From Eledone cirrhosa (lineage: Eukaryota): DNA of 64,000 bases. Numbering within the stretch: position 1 is the first letter of the stretch; every line of letters starts with the position of its first letter. Below are positions 49,237-63,226 of this stretch, piece by piece. A program made the position numbers and the translations under genes. The notes below the pieces were generated by a model. That model worked only from the letters and a program-made list of their open reading frames with translations, was not told the DNA's origin and did no database searches. The stretch lies in NCBI GenBank assembly GCA_964016885.1, contig OZ024745.1, positions 31,434,001 to 31,498,000 on the forward strand. The letters are read 5' to 3'.

Positions 49237-49710
49237 GTAAATAAATATTGTTTATAAAAGGATAAAAGAAAGAAATTATTTGTATTCTATTTCTTACCAT
49301 TTTCTAAAATGTGTCTCTGTTGATTTGTAAAAGCACAGGAATATAGGAGTCTTGATCTGACTCTAACTTTAAACTTTAAATCTAAATAAATATTCATTAA
49401 CTCTTAATATCCTGTACCACATGAAACTGCATTAGCCAGACATTCTTGAAAAGTACAAAACATAACTATGACTGCATTACATAAACACTTAAAGTCTTTA
49501 CTTTAATGCTGCAAATTTTCACAACAATCTGTCTACTGGCAAATATACTATAAACATTTGATTTGACAGAGCCACATTTAGATATTTTCTGTTAAATTAT
49601 TACAGGATATTAAGAGTTCATTAATTTTGTCTATTAAAAAAAATTATTGATGTTTTTATTATTGTTTATTTATATATCTTTGCTTTTACATCGGCAATTT
49701 GTTGATACAG

Positions 49711-49817
49711 CCAATTCCTGAGGGTTTTGATATTAAGATGAAAATCTCTGAGATCCTTACACAATCAGATTTTGATAAGAAACGTGCAAGAACTATGGAT
49801 ATTGACGACTTTCTTAG
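49711..49817 (+). CDS. DIMT1: DIMT1 exon 11
   Basis: PIPEGFDIKMKISEILTQSDFDKKRARTMDIDDFL(S); AG/GT boundaries. Confidence 0.95.
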
Positions 49818-50685
49818 GTTTGTATTTTCTTAGTATATCTCACCCTTTTAATATCAACATACATGAGACCTCTTGTTCTATGATACAAAACTGTCTGTTT
49901 TAAAGTGTTTTATAGAAACGGGATGATGTTGAAAGGTTTAAAGTTCTTTCCAGATTGATATTTTGAACCTGTGCCATCAATAATGATTGCAGCAGCGTTC
50001 AATGTATTTAATTTTTGGAGTCCAGAATTGTTATACCAGGATGACCAGATATATAGGAAATTTATGTTTTGATGAATTAATGATTTGCATGAGAGAAACC
50101 CTATGGTTAGTTTATATTGGCTGTAAGATGGTGATAAGGAAGGCATCCAACCAGAAAAATCCAGACAAATTATGAAAAACACAACCTACCATATACAAAG
50201 AGTCTAAATACAATAAATATTTATACATTTCTATACATTAACACTTTTAATACCAACTCACCAGAGACCATCTCTCATTTTAAGATATAAAAATCTTTTG
50301 GTTTTAGGTATTTAAAGTAAAAACTTGTTATAATCTCATCTCGAAAGCTTTTCTTAAATTAAGCTACAAATAGCATCTTACGGTAAAAGTTCATTGCTTT
50401 ACTAAATCCATTGGCATTTTTTATTATTTTCAATATTAATTGAAACATGTGAACCGTATATCTCACTAGAAATATGAGCATGAAAGGGTTAATATTTCAT
50501 CTAAAATACACAATTTGGTTATGCTTTGAATTGTGAAAAAAATATAAAAGTATTACCATTTTCCTCTGGAAGAATGAATAGTGAGTTTTCTTATACAAAT
50601 CTTTATATTTCCATATCCCTGGAACAATTGGAGACTCTTTCTACTGCTAACTGCTGAAACATTATTTGAAGTAAAATATTGTGTC

Positions 50686-50844
50686 TTAACCCTTTAGCAT
50701 TTAAACTGACTGTAACTGACCATGTTAAGGTATTGTTCTCAAAATAAATAATATCAAAATTTCATAGATTCGATATGTATGATAAAGCCTTTACTGTGAA
50801 AATACATTAGTATATATAGAGTAATGTAAATGCTAAAGGGTTAA
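50686..50844. mobile_element. piggyBac-type MITE
   Basis: TTAA-CCCTTTAGCATTTA ... TAAATGCTAAAGGG-TTAA; same family as the element split by the RTE at ~41457-43755. Confidence 0.8.
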
Positions 50845-51116
50845 ATATACAACACAATGGTGTCATCAAACTTTCACTGAGCTGTAGTATGTTGTAGCCC
50901 AGCTACTTTATCTTCATAATCACAACAAATAACTGATTGGATTAAGCAATAAAGACAATAAGAAGAACAAAATTTATACCTGTGCATGACTTTTTCTACT
51001 TTTGTCTCACTTAGCAAACTCAATAGATCATCTAATAGCATTATAATGAGAACTGTTGCTCTTTGTTAAATCTTTTATGATACTTAATTCTTATTGGTAT
51101 TTTTATTGATTTTCAG

Positions 51117-51159
51117 TTTGATGCTAGCATTTAACAAAGAAGCAATCCATTTCTCTTGA
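51117..51159 (+). CDS. DIMT1: DIMT1 exon 12 (stop)
   Basis: LMLAFNKEAIHFS*. The 12 exons sum to 921 nt = 306 aa plus stop. Confidence 0.92.
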
Positions 51160-54100
51160 AAGAAGGATAAATCTATGTAAATAAATTATATATAAAATAG
51201 TGAAGATTGTTGTTGTTTCTTTATTATAATTATTGCTATTAAATAGCTTTGGATCAGCAGAACGGATAAATATTCCCAGTATATTGAGGGGCTGTGGATT
51301 AGCCAAGTTGTTGGTATGTCAGACAAATGTGTAGTAGTATATTTCTTGTTCTTTATATTCTGAGTTCAAATCCTGGCAGGGTTTACTTTGCAATATCATC
51401 CTTCAATAAAATAAAGTACCTGTCAAGTACTGGGGTCAATTTCATCAGCTTTACCCTCACCCAAATTGCTGGCCTAGTGCCTAAATTAGAAATTAATCAT
51501 TGTTTAACGTCCATTTTCCACGCTAACATGGGTAAGACATTGTTACTATTAAATTTTTTTATAGGAGAGTTTTATTCCTGTGTACAAGCTGAAAACTGGT
51601 TTCTCATCACTCTATGTAGATAAACCTTTCACCTTTTATCATCGTCATTTAATGTCCTTTTTCCATGCTTGCATGGGTTAGACTGGTTGTCTCATTATGA
51701 GACAATTCAGGCCAGGAAATTACATCTTGCTCATTTTGGCTTGGTTTCTATAGCAGGATACCTAGACATCCATTGAAGCATGCAAGCTTTCTTTCCAGTC
51801 TAGTGCCCAGGACTTACTTTTAGTTGACTTTGCCTTTCATCCTTATGGGGTTGATAAAATAAAGTACCAGTAATGCACTGGGTAATTGTGCCTAAAGTAG
51901 AAACAATTATTTGTACACAAGCATAATACACTTTGATTTTGAGAGAAAAACCCTTTGTAGTAACTCCCTGAATGTTTCTGTCCCGTTATCTCTCAAGCTA
52001 CAGTACTTTAGAACACCCACCTCCACTGTTAATTTGGTCACCCAGGTAACAGAAGCTATCAGCTACTTCTACAGAGCCATCTGAGCATTTAATAGAACTT
52101 GTTTCCTGTGAGCCCTTCCTGCTTACTGCTCCTGTACAGCGACCACATAAAAACTTATGTTCTAAGATAAATTAACACAGAACAGAAAAGAAGTAAATAA
52201 TAGCAAAGTAAGGTTTTATAAACAATGATTTTATTTTTAATACCATCTTCAAACAATACTTAATACATAAACATCAATTGTAATAGGTATGACATGAAGA
52301 ATAGGTCTAAAGATATACTGACATTGGAATGATATAAATGATAATGACATAGGAAATGGGGGGAGGGATCAAAAGATATTTTATTTAAAAAAAAAAAAAA
52401 AAACGGGGTAACAAACACCCTGTTCACAGAGTGCAGAATTGTCAAAGATTCAATAAGTACAGTCTAGTTTACATTTATAAGACTAATGAATTTGCTACGT
52501 TATATTCTTGCTAACAAACTGGATCAAAATCTAATATATTTGTGAACATTGTCTCTCATTTTAAAACAAGAATTTCTAAGATCAAAATGATAACAAAGAA
52601 TTAGACTGGATCAGTTTATTTTTTCCCCAGATGTTTATTTGGAGCTCATTAGCTAGAGCTGATTTTAATAGAATCAATACAATGTTGATAAACCTGATAT
52701 TTATTTTCAATATCTGGTTTTATTATCATTTTCCACTTGGAATACCTCCAAATAAAAATGTCTACCCTACTCAGCTTAAACTACAGCCATGCATAACAAT
52801 AACTAGAATGATAAAAACATTTATCCCAATAATTCTAAGCTTTTCATTGTGACCATACTTTATTTCTATATCAATATTTTTTTTTTTAATATAACAATGG
52901 ATAGTCATCAAGTGGTTTTTTTTTTTTTGTCTTTTACTTATGATAATATAACTTACAAAACATGAGCACATGACATTATTGCTTCAAACAGATTGCACTA
53001 TTTTATCATTTGAAATATAAAGCATGATGGGAAAAAAAAAAAATAGGAAATTCAATTTTTCAAATAGTTTGATTGACTGAAAAAAAAAAAAGTTTACTAA
53101 CATAGTATATAGGCAGGTTAAAATATTTTTATTCTATCTCTTCTGGTGTCTTTCTTGTGCATGTTTCTGAATGAGACCATATATATTTATATATAAAAAC
53201 AGATAGATAAATATACATATACACACACTTGTTTCATAATTCATGCAACTTAACTATTTGATTAAATTCATCAAATTCTCTAAGTAAAATTTTAATTGCC
53301 TGCAAATTGCAAATGCACGCTGCTTAATATTTTTCAGTTATACACCTACATTTTGAATATGCTCAGAATAACATGCCTCACTCTGTGTGTATATGTGTAT
53401 ATATACATCTCTCCAAAATGGCTGACTGAATATGCACGTTTTTTTTTTTTCCATTCCTTCCTCTTCATCTTTCTAATTCTTCTATTTCTCATTCTATCTT
53501 CGGAAGAAGAACTAGTGTCCAACACATTGAGAATCTTTTCCTTTTACTTCAAGTATTAAACTAATATATTTCTTCATTGTACTGTGTCATTTGCTTTTTT
53601 TCTTTTTACATACACACATCATCATCATCGTTTTACGTCCATCTTCCATGCTAGCATGGGTAGGACTATATATATATTTATACAAACACAAGAATGTTAG
53701 TCTTTTGCCGTTTTATTGGTCCTTTTACGTAAATGAATACTACCTTGAATTTGATATTTCATTTTAAAGAGGATCAGTTTCATGATAGATAATTTAATCT
53801 CAACACCAAAGAATTTAAACCATAATAATAATGAAAATTATCCAATTTTTGAAGTCTTTCCAACATCCTCAGAGACAATTTTTTTCATATCTATATTTTA
53901 GTGTTTTAGTTAAAATAATTGTTTCTACTTTTGGCACAAGGCCAGCAATTATCCCAGTGTATTACTGGAACTTTATTTTTTATGTTTTTATTAAAATAAT
54001 GAACACCATATATATACTAGTAGCATAGTTGATTAATGTACTAAATAGTAGGTTATTGTAGAAAAAAAAAAAAAAATTGCAATGAAATATTGATCATCGG

Positions 54101-56497
54101 TTTACAATTGAATTTTCGTTCCTATAATCCAGATATATAGAATATGAACAAGGGATCAATAAACACTCTTAGGTAAATATCTAATTTATGATAACTTCTG
54201 ATTGAGTTCAAGCATTTTCGGATATGATAATTTATACAGTAACTTACAGGATAAAATATAGTCATTCATTTAACCCATTTTTAAAATGTTACAAAAAAAA
54301 CAAAAAAAAAATTGTAATGAAAACAATATGGTATATATATTTATAACGAAATTGCATAATGTGTATACATTCTTGCAAGAAGTGATTAACAAGAATAAGC
54401 AACAATGATTTTCTGTTAAAGATATTAAATATCTTAAGATTTTTTAACCATAACATTTTGAAATAAATGAAAACAATCATTAAAAAATATTGTTTAATCA
54501 GTGTTAATGAGTGTGTAGCAATCAACTGGTCCCTCAAAATCTTTATTACTTATACTTCATCTTTAAATTCAATTTACTCTTTCATCAATTAAATTAAATA
54601 TTTCAACATTTTCTAGGCTTCTGGTCCTGTTACATCATTTTTTGTGATGTCGCTAGTTTGTTTTATTCTTTGTTGGTCTTTTCAGCAAGTGAGGCAATCT
54701 AATACAAGTGATTGCTCAGAACTGCCTATGATTATAAGATGAAGCATTACAAAGTTATATCTTATAGAAGACAGTATATGTTGAGTGTTTGCTTTTGAAA
54801 ACTTCTACATGCTGTAACATGGATTGTGACTGTTCAAGAAATACCATAATTGATTTCTAATTTTAGTAAAAGGCCAGAAAAATTTAGTGGGAAGGGCAAA
54901 GTTGATTATACTCATATCAACCCCAGTACTTGACTGGTACTTCATTTTATCAATCCTGGAATGATGAAAGGTAAAGTTGACCTTGGTGGGATTTTACGAC
55001 ACTCTACCACATCTGACAATCCACCACAGATAGTGCCATAAGTTAGAGATAAATCTAGAAATCTGAACTGGCCATAAAAAGAGTTACTTCAAACAAAACC
55101 ATGTCTATATTTGTTTAACAATGTAAATTCAAAGCTTCTCAGATATATAACAAAGTTTAAATAAATAATAAAAATAATACAGTAAAATAATTTTACACAA
55201 AAAATATTGAGATCAAACTGAATAGTATTTGTTTAAAAAAACATTCTCAGTGGTGCATCAAGTTGCATTTCTTTAGGTGCCAAAAGGTAATTTAGCCTTT
55301 TGGCAAATAGAGATCTATAAAATAAGTACTTGACTGAAACAAGTACTGGGGAAGGCCGATATGATTGACTAAAATCCTCTGAAGGGCAGTACCCCAGCAT
55401 GGTCACAATCTAATGACTAAAACCAGAAAAAGAAAAGAATTTGTTTATCAAAAAGAAAACATAAACAAGTTGAATAATGTCCTTTCTATCAACTGTTGAG
55501 GATACAATGGACGGAAAGGTATAGTTTAAAATGTATATATTTATGTGTGTATCAATATATATACACACACATGAACTAGAATGAAAATAAAAATAACTTC
55601 ATAATAAAAAATTTGTGTCACACAAATTGGACGGATATTTTCTTTCTTTTTTTCAAAACTGAGTCTAAGATTAGTTCCTCATGATATGTAACAAAATCCC
55701 ACCCCAAAAAATTTAAGCAGCAGTATTTTAATTGATGATGACCAGTTTTCATCAATGAAATTTAATTGTTTTAATCAGCATGAATAGTTACTGAACTATA
55801 AAGAATTGTACAATTAATAAATATTCAATGCAACAGATCAGATTTAAAACAAAACAATTATAATAAAAAAATGTTCTTATGTCTTAGAGAAGGAGATAAA
55901 TCTGATCTAATTTGACTGTTTTGAAACTAAAATTTAGTTGTTTCAATATCTTAAAACAATGATCAGTTGCTCTAATAAAGTGTTGTTTATTTTTAGATAT
56001 TTTCTAATATATGAACTGTAATGAATTCAAACAGATATTTGCTCATATTTTTGATATCTTTGAGTATTAGGCTCATTTATTTTGCTGTGTCAGGTGTGCA
56101 CCAAAATAAATTTCAAAGATTAAAAATTAAAAAATAAAATCCAACTAAAACAGCATAAAAAAACAATAAACAACTAAAAGTAAAGAAACCCATAAATAAC
56201 TCAGTCATTGTGTATGGCGATGTTTATAGATATCTGACATCAATTTGCTATTGTTAAGAATTATAACACCTAGCAAGATCTATTTCCAGCAAACTATAAT
56301 GATAACATTATGTAATAGTTACTCCAAATGATGACAAATTACAGTTAATAGTTTGGTTTAAATTTCGACCTTCTTTGAAATTATATATAACTGTTTGAAA
56401 AAAAAAAATGACCGTTTCCTAGTGAGTCTAAGAAAATGCCAACAGTTATCAGATTTGACAAAAATGACTAAACTTCATATGGTAACATCAATAAAGA

Positions 56498-56629
56498 CTA
56501 AGAAGAAACTAGAAACAAAATTTCATTTTTATCATAAGCTGTACAAGCTATGACTTTCCCTTCATCTTGGACAAAACAACTTCCAACTATTTGACTGTCA
56601 ACATGGTACTGACTTCCAGCAACAGAAAT
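56498..56629 (-). CDS. WDR54: WD repeat-containing protein 54, terminal exon
   Basis: ISVAGSQYHVDSQIVGSCFVQDEGKVIACTAYDKNEILFLVSS*; acceptor TTTCAG; resembles the WDR54 C-terminus (DTQLCGARF..FAVTGYD). Confidence 0.85.
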   Translation of the reverse strand: MSVAGSQYHVDSQIVGSCFVQDEGKVIACTAYDKNEILFLVSS

Positions 56630-57909
56630 CTGAAACCAAAGTAGATGTAAGTATTAGCTTCTCTGATATCTCACATTATCATATCAATATTACTGTTTTA
56701 ACTTTTTTTTTCGATTAGAAGAGCACAATTTCAACCCATTAAAGCCTCTTGCAATTCACATGCATGTGTGTGTGTCAGTGTGTGTATCATGACTCATACG
56801 CTATTCACTTTCCTTACTTTTTGTACATTATTCTATGTACTAAGCATGCACTTTTGATGAGTTGTAATGCACCTGAGCACTGTACACAATAATTTTCATT
56901 ATTATCATTACAACTACATAGACATATCACTACCCTTCTAGAAGATTAGTGAAAAACTATTTAAAAAATCAGTTACTTTCTTCTGATTCAAACAAACACC
57001 AAACACATGAGAACATTAAAAGTACTGCAATGTTATTTCAAGTCTGTCTTGAGCCCGGAGACTCATCAGGCCGGTGTTTATCACAGTTTCCATGGCGTTA
57101 AACGACTGAGTGTATAAGACTCCCATGGACAGGACACCAGTCCTCTGCAGGGTTAACCCCACCACCCCCAGCTATTGCTGGTACTGATTTGCAGCTAAGT
57201 ATACAGGAGCAATGTTAAATGAAGTGTTTTCCTCAATAACATAACCCAGTCCAGGAATCGAACCCATGACATTATGATTGTAAGTTCAAAACCCTTACCA
57301 CTATGCCACATGCCTTAACATTGCAATGTTATGAGACACCAAATAGTGATTAGTTGCTCTTACAATGTTATTACAATAATTAATTTAGTTATTAATAAGA
57401 GCTATTTCAAATTTATTAAGTTTAAAATTTTAAAATCTTAAACACTAATTGTACATCATGTAAAGATAGGTAGATGAAGGCATTTCAAGGATCCCTCCCT
57501 TCTCCAAATAACTTTAAAACATGCACACATACAAATACATGTTCAATTGATGTTAATCATAACAATAATATATTATTTTAATAAAAATAGAATGAATCTT
57601 TTATTTAGAAAATATTTTTCCTCTCTTTATTCAGGAGTAAAAGCATGCTGTATATACTCAAATATAAGCAGAGGAATATGTGCCAAAAAATCAAAGGTAG
57701 AAGGGGGTCAGCTTATATTCAAGGTCAATATTTTCACCAACTTCAAAATCAATGTAAATAAGGTTTGGATTTTAGCCCATTTCTCAGACATTAAATAGTG
57801 GGGCTGTCTTATATTTAAGTATATAGGGTGTATTGCAGTTAGAAGGGAATTTCCGTATGTACAATTCAAACCAGAAAAAAATATAAATATTAAGATAAAA
57901 AAAATATAC

Positions 57910-57975
57910 CTGTGGGAATGGATCTTTACTTAAATGCCACAACCTCACAAATGAATCTTCTCCAGCTGATAATAC
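57910..57975 (-). CDS. WDR54: WDR54 exon
   Basis: VLSAGEDSFVRLWHLSKDPFPQ; AG/GT boundaries. Confidence 0.9.
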
Positions 57976-58519
57976 CTGAAAATCATTGATAGCTAATTAA
58001 GTAAATGTAATAGTAGTAAGAAAAGTAGTGATTATGATAAAACAGCACCCCCTCCCCCCTTGCCTCTTGAATTCATTGGTATCAGAAATAAATTTCTATC
58101 TTTTAAATATGAAGGCACAGGTATGGCTGTGTGGTTAAGAAGGTACCTTGCAATGGGGAAACGTTAATTATATCTACAGCAATGGTAGCTAATAGAAATA
58201 TATGCATCAACCCTTATTTATTTATAGCAGCTTTACTTGACATTAACAAAATTAATTAAACTTATCAATAGGGAATAACTACATACAACTAAACATATCT
58301 ACATGAATATATGTGTACAGAACTTTGAAGAAAGTTTACCTGCAATAAACTAATATCTAAACAGGAAGGTATTTGTCTTTCATGTAAAATATGCAGCAGA
58401 TCTAAGGAATGATGTTATTTATTGAAGGATAAAATTCAAACTAAAATATCAAAAAACTATTAGATTAAACAAGGATACATACATTAATATATTTAAAAAC
58501 TACATATGTATCAACTCAC

Positions 58520-58682
58520 CAAGCCAGTTTTTGGTGCAATGTCAATAGCATTGATCCAGCGAGTATGAGCAGCTACTTCAGCAGCAAGAGCTCCAGTTTT
58601 GGCACAGAAGACCCTCAGGTGTCCTGAGCCATAGCCACCTACTATGCACTCATTCCATATTGCAATACTACTACAAGGACTC
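58520..58682 (-). CDS. WDR54: WDR54 exon
   Basis: SPCSSIAIWNECIVGGYGSGHLRVFCAKTGALAAEVAAHTRWINAIDIAPKTGL; AG/GT boundaries. Confidence 0.9.
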
Positions 58683-59528
58683 CTGAAATAATATAAATTA
58701 CTTTTTATTTTTATCAAGAAAAATATCATTTACACACAGATTTCTAAGAACTATTTATATAACAAAAAGTGTATGAACATTATATAACACTATACTATCA
58801 GGTAGTACATTAATATTTAAAACCATCTGTCTATCTTAGCCAGAGAAGTTTGGCTTAGGGTACTCACCACCTCAATGTTTGGACACAGCACACATCATCT
58901 ACTTGCTTCTGCACTAGTATCTCTATAATTTCATTTGACTTAACCTTCATTATTCCAACTTTAATCATAGCAGCTCTAAATATTTTTACTTGATACAAAG
59001 TATGTATTTGCTGGATGACAGTTAAGAGGTTATCACACGTGGCCAAGAAATTCTGTCTGGTCACCCTACTATAGTGCACAACACTAACATGGCTACTGTT
59101 AATCTTGTATATGCAGCTAGGCTTATTTATTATATTTTTGTCTTTCACAATTTGGCATGGTTTTACTGTTTGGATTTCATTGTAGGTAACACGGTAAAAA
59201 GCTCCCAGTCCACACTGTAAATGTGGTTGGTGTTAGGAAGGGCATCCAGCCATAGACAACCTGCCAGATAGTCCTATACGAGCGAGACACGGTCACCCGA
59301 CCAATCTTGTCTCAAGTGGAACAATTCCCATCTAACCCATGCTAGCGTGGAAGATAGACGTTAAACGATGATGATGATAATGATGAAACTTTACCATTCA
59401 GTCTGTTATGAAGTTACTCAAACATTGCACCACTGACTAAATGAAGACCAATTTGATCAGCTATAATCTTATATAAATTAGAAAATAGACTTTGGAAACC
59501 AGTTAAAGGAAATCAATAATTTACATAC

Positions 59529-59664
59529 CTGTAACCTGGGATTCTAAACATAGGCACAAAAACATCATTAGTAGACAACTTCCATAAGAAAATGTTTCCC
59601 TCCATATCACAACTAGCCATGAGATTATCTGCTGCAGTTAAACAACATATGCCAGCCTTGTGTT
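59529..59664 (-). CDS. WDR54: WDR54 exon
   Basis: (E)HKAGICCLTAADNLMASCDMEGNIFLWKLSTNDVFVPMFRIPGY(R); AG/GT boundaries, phases consistent. Confidence 0.88.
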
Positions 59665-60244
59665 CTGAAAATAAAACAGTGTAGTTTGTGAAACATATCC
59701 AACAAACCTTCCATTAGTTTTCCTTTTTTTTTTAAATTAAATAAAGAAATAATTTCATTATAATCCTCATTTAATGCATGGTTACTATAACTGGATACCC
59801 TTTCTAACATCAAAAACTTTACAAAGTATACTGGGTGCAGTTTATCATGACACCAGCACTAAAAAGGTTCTCAAGTTCTTGGCAGAACTAAAAAGTTCTC
59901 CCAACAATAGGTTGTTTTTGTTTATTTACCAACCACTTTACAGAGTGTACTGGCTGTATTTATTATAGCATCAACATTAGTGAGGTTGTCTTGAACCACT
60001 CAACAGTCTTCACTACATTGTCTCTGTTTGTTCAAAGTAATGTGACCAAGAGAGTGAATAAAAGAGAGGGCAATGACGGAAGATGGACTGAGATTAAAGG
60101 ATGAGAGAAGCGAGAGTATGATGGGAGAAACAAAATGATTTGGGTGAAAGGTTGGTAAAGGAGAGAGCATTAACCTATGATTAGTTTTAAGGCCCAGTAC
60201 CATATCTACTCATTTGACATCTTGCAGTTGCAATTAATACATAC

Positions 60245-60322
60245 CTGACATCTTTCCTGAATAAGTGATTGTCTTTCCCTTCAGAGGAACTTTGAAATAC
60301 AAAATCTCTCCTGTATGTGAAC
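60245..60322 (-). CDS. WDR54: WDR54 exon
   Basis: (G)SHTGEILYFKVPLKGKTITYSGKMS; AG/GT boundaries. Confidence 0.88.
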
Positions 60323-61454
60323 CTATGTAAAACAACAGAATTAGTTATAATTATGATTGAACACGTTATTTCTCTTAAAACACACAGTATACAATCTAAG
60401 AAAGAAGTTGTTCATGTTGTTGCTGTTATTAGTACAGTAACATAGAGGTATCTTATTGAACAACAGAAAGTGACATGCAAGCTCAATATTCCAGACATGT
60501 TATATATTTATTTTGTCTGGGAATATAAAATGTGAAGTATATCATGCTGTATTGAACTCATTGCTCTGTTAGTATTTACATCATGACCACTTTATCTCAT
60601 TCATCATCATCATTTAATGTCTGCTTTCCTTGCTAGCAAGGGTTGGATGGGTCTACATAAACCAGTGGGCTACTGACCTCCCAGACAGGTCGAGGGGGGT
60701 CTGTATCCCACTTACATATGGTCATATCGAGTGCAGAGGAGAAGTTGTCGTGTCTTTTGACACAAACTGAAGGGTCCTCCTAACCCTTTGTTTGGCAAGC
60801 TTTCTATGGTTAGATGCCCTTTGCAGGAGACCTGTTTTTAATAACAAGGAGTTTGGTTAATTTAGCAGGTCTAACAATAAGGTCATCATAATCCCCATTT
60901 TACATCTATTTTCCATGCTTGCATGGGTTAGATGGGTTGTCACATTTTGAGACTAGACTAGTCAGGTAACCATATCTTCCTCATGCATTTCATACTGGCA
61001 TGGTTGACCTTTCTAATGCCACCAGCACTACTACTTTACAGTGTGGGCTGAGTGCATTTTATTGTGACACCAGCACCACCATTTTACAGTGTTGATTGAG
61101 TGCATTTTGTGACACCAACACTACCATTTTACAGTGTGGACTGAGTGCATTTTATGTGGCACCAGCACTACCATTTTCAAAACCAGGGTGCTCACTGTGT
61201 CCTTAGCCAAGCTGGGGAAACAGTGATAGGAATTTTGTTTTAATTCAGAGGCAGAAAGACTGTGACTATAACTTTATTTCTGAAAATTCCTAGAGTTAAG
61301 CTTTCAAATAACTGAAGGAAATTATTGCAATTAATGTTCAATTTGAATGTTTAAAGGTTAGTAATTGGAAGAATAACAAGAGCAGACTGTGTAAAATGTT
61401 CAGCAATGGGTCTTGAAGATAAATAGAAAGATGTATGTAACTTTAACAACTTAC

Positions 61455-61511
61455 CTACACATACAAAATTTGAGCCAACAGCAGCAATACCCCTCATATA
61501 CATACTTGTAC
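61455..61511 (-). CDS. WDR54: WDR54 exon
   Basis: TSMYMRGIAAVGSNFVCV(G), matching recalled ARGIAASGHFICVG; AG/GT boundaries. Confidence 0.88.
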
Positions 61512-62326
61512 CTAGAAATTTAAAAAGATTGAAAATATATTTTATATATTTATAGTTCCAATATAAGATATGCAGCAGTAGTAAATTTAAAATGATATTG
61601 ATTTAAACTTTCTGTTAACTTTTAAGAAAGACTCCATATTCTAGTTACACTATTCAACAACCTAGAAACAATTACTTCTTTCATTTCATAGTCAAGTGGT
61701 TGGTGTTATTAAAAGTATTTAGTTAAATATACAATTGCTCTCACAGTATATCCCACATTTACAAAAACTATTGAACCTATCCACTATCATCTAGTCCCCT
61801 TTACATTTTGCTAAATTTTGTTCAGCCAATGACACCTCCAAGGTGACATTGAGCCTCTGGAGATCTTCCTTGATAACATCCAGCCATGGGACCTCTTCCA
61901 GTCCACAGCTGCTGTCTTAAACGAGAATAAGGCCCTGGTAGGATGATCTGGTGGGATGCAGCAGATGTATCAGTACCAGTGGATGCAGCGGATGGCTATG
62001 TTGTTACTCTCGTAACTGACTATTACCATATACACTCAAATATAAGCCAAAAATTCAATTGTAAAATGGGGGAGGGGGTATATACACCATCTAAACAATG
62101 GCTGATTAACTGCCTTAGCTTATTAATGGGGTTTGGAGTTTTGCCCATTTCTTAGACATAAAATAGGAGTTCGGGTTATATTTGAATATATACAATAATA
62201 TTTTTTTTATATTCTGTTATATAAACCACAAGCTATCTATTTTTACTATATCACAAAACTTCAAAATACACTAATTTAGTTTTGTCATCTTAAAATACAA
62301 AGATCATTTTCAAAAAATTAACTTAC

Positions 62327-62387
62327 ATTCACTTTCATCTGCAGTTAAATTGTGCCAAAACAGTAAGGTGCCATCAGGTTCAAAAAA
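62327..62387 (-). CDS. WDR54: WDR54 exon
   Basis: FFEPDGTLLFWHNLTADESE; AG/GT boundaries. Confidence 0.88.
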
Positions 62388-62414
62388 CTGAAAAAAAAAA
62401 ACTGAAAACGTTTA

Positions 62415-62640
62415 GAACATTGCTTATACCTTGCAAGCAATATATATTGCTTACACATTGCAAGCAAGATTCTTGCTTACACATTGCAAGCAAGATTCTT
62501 TCTCAGACATTGCATGCAATATATATTGCTTACACATTGCAAGCAAGGCACATTTCTCATACATTTCAAGCAATGAACCTTGTTTAGACATTGCAAGCAA
62601 TGTGCTTTGCTCAGACATTGCAAGCAATGTGCATTGCTCT
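62415..62640. repeat. Minisatellite (~21-24-bp ACATTGCAAGCAA-containing unit) in a WDR54 intron
   Basis: About 9 degenerate tandem copies of ACATTGCAAGCAA. Confidence 0.85.
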
Positions 62641-63160
62641 ACTAACATAGATAAATTGTTACAAGTTTCATGTTATAGTTGACTGTCTGATATTGTGAGT
62701 AATTTGTTTAGCTGTAAATTTCAGCTAACCTGAGTTGATATACATCCCAGATAAATTGTCAATAATTTGTCAGTTTGTGTTGTGACACTGGTACTACACT
62801 GTCTATAGTCAAAACATTTAACTCTGATATGGCCCAGTTCACCTAGCTGTATGTACTGTAAATACAAGGTAGGAACAATGACATATATAACTGACAAGTG
62901 TTTTATTAGCTTGCAATAATGATTTCAGCACACACACATACACACCTCTGAAAGCATGGCTTGGATATGAATCGGCTCTTCCAAGCTGACTAGTCCTTGC
63001 TATGCTGTTTTATGAAGACAAACATCTTCAGCAGTAACCCAACAACTTAAATAGCTTTGATACTCAACATTCACCAGTGGCAGAAGTTTTATTCCCTAAA
63101 TTCCTAATAAAATCATATTTGCAGGATGGACCTTATAAAAGAAAATCCAAAATAACATAC

Positions 63161-63226
63161 CTGAATTCCTTTTTGTGCAGTAATCACCAAAAGAGTTCTC
63201 TGGATACCTAATGTGACCCATTTTGC
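63161..63226 (-). CDS. WDR54: WDR54 exon (most 5' exon found; gene start lies beyond the window)
   Basis: AKWVTLGIQRTLLVITAQKGIQ, matching recalled VHWCVLPFRVLLVLTSHRGIQ; AG/GT boundaries. Confidence 0.88.

Noticed and set aside
53495-53535. Possible further hammerhead (CGGAAGA..CAACAC)
   Set aside because: Both core halves are mutated; at most a dead relic.
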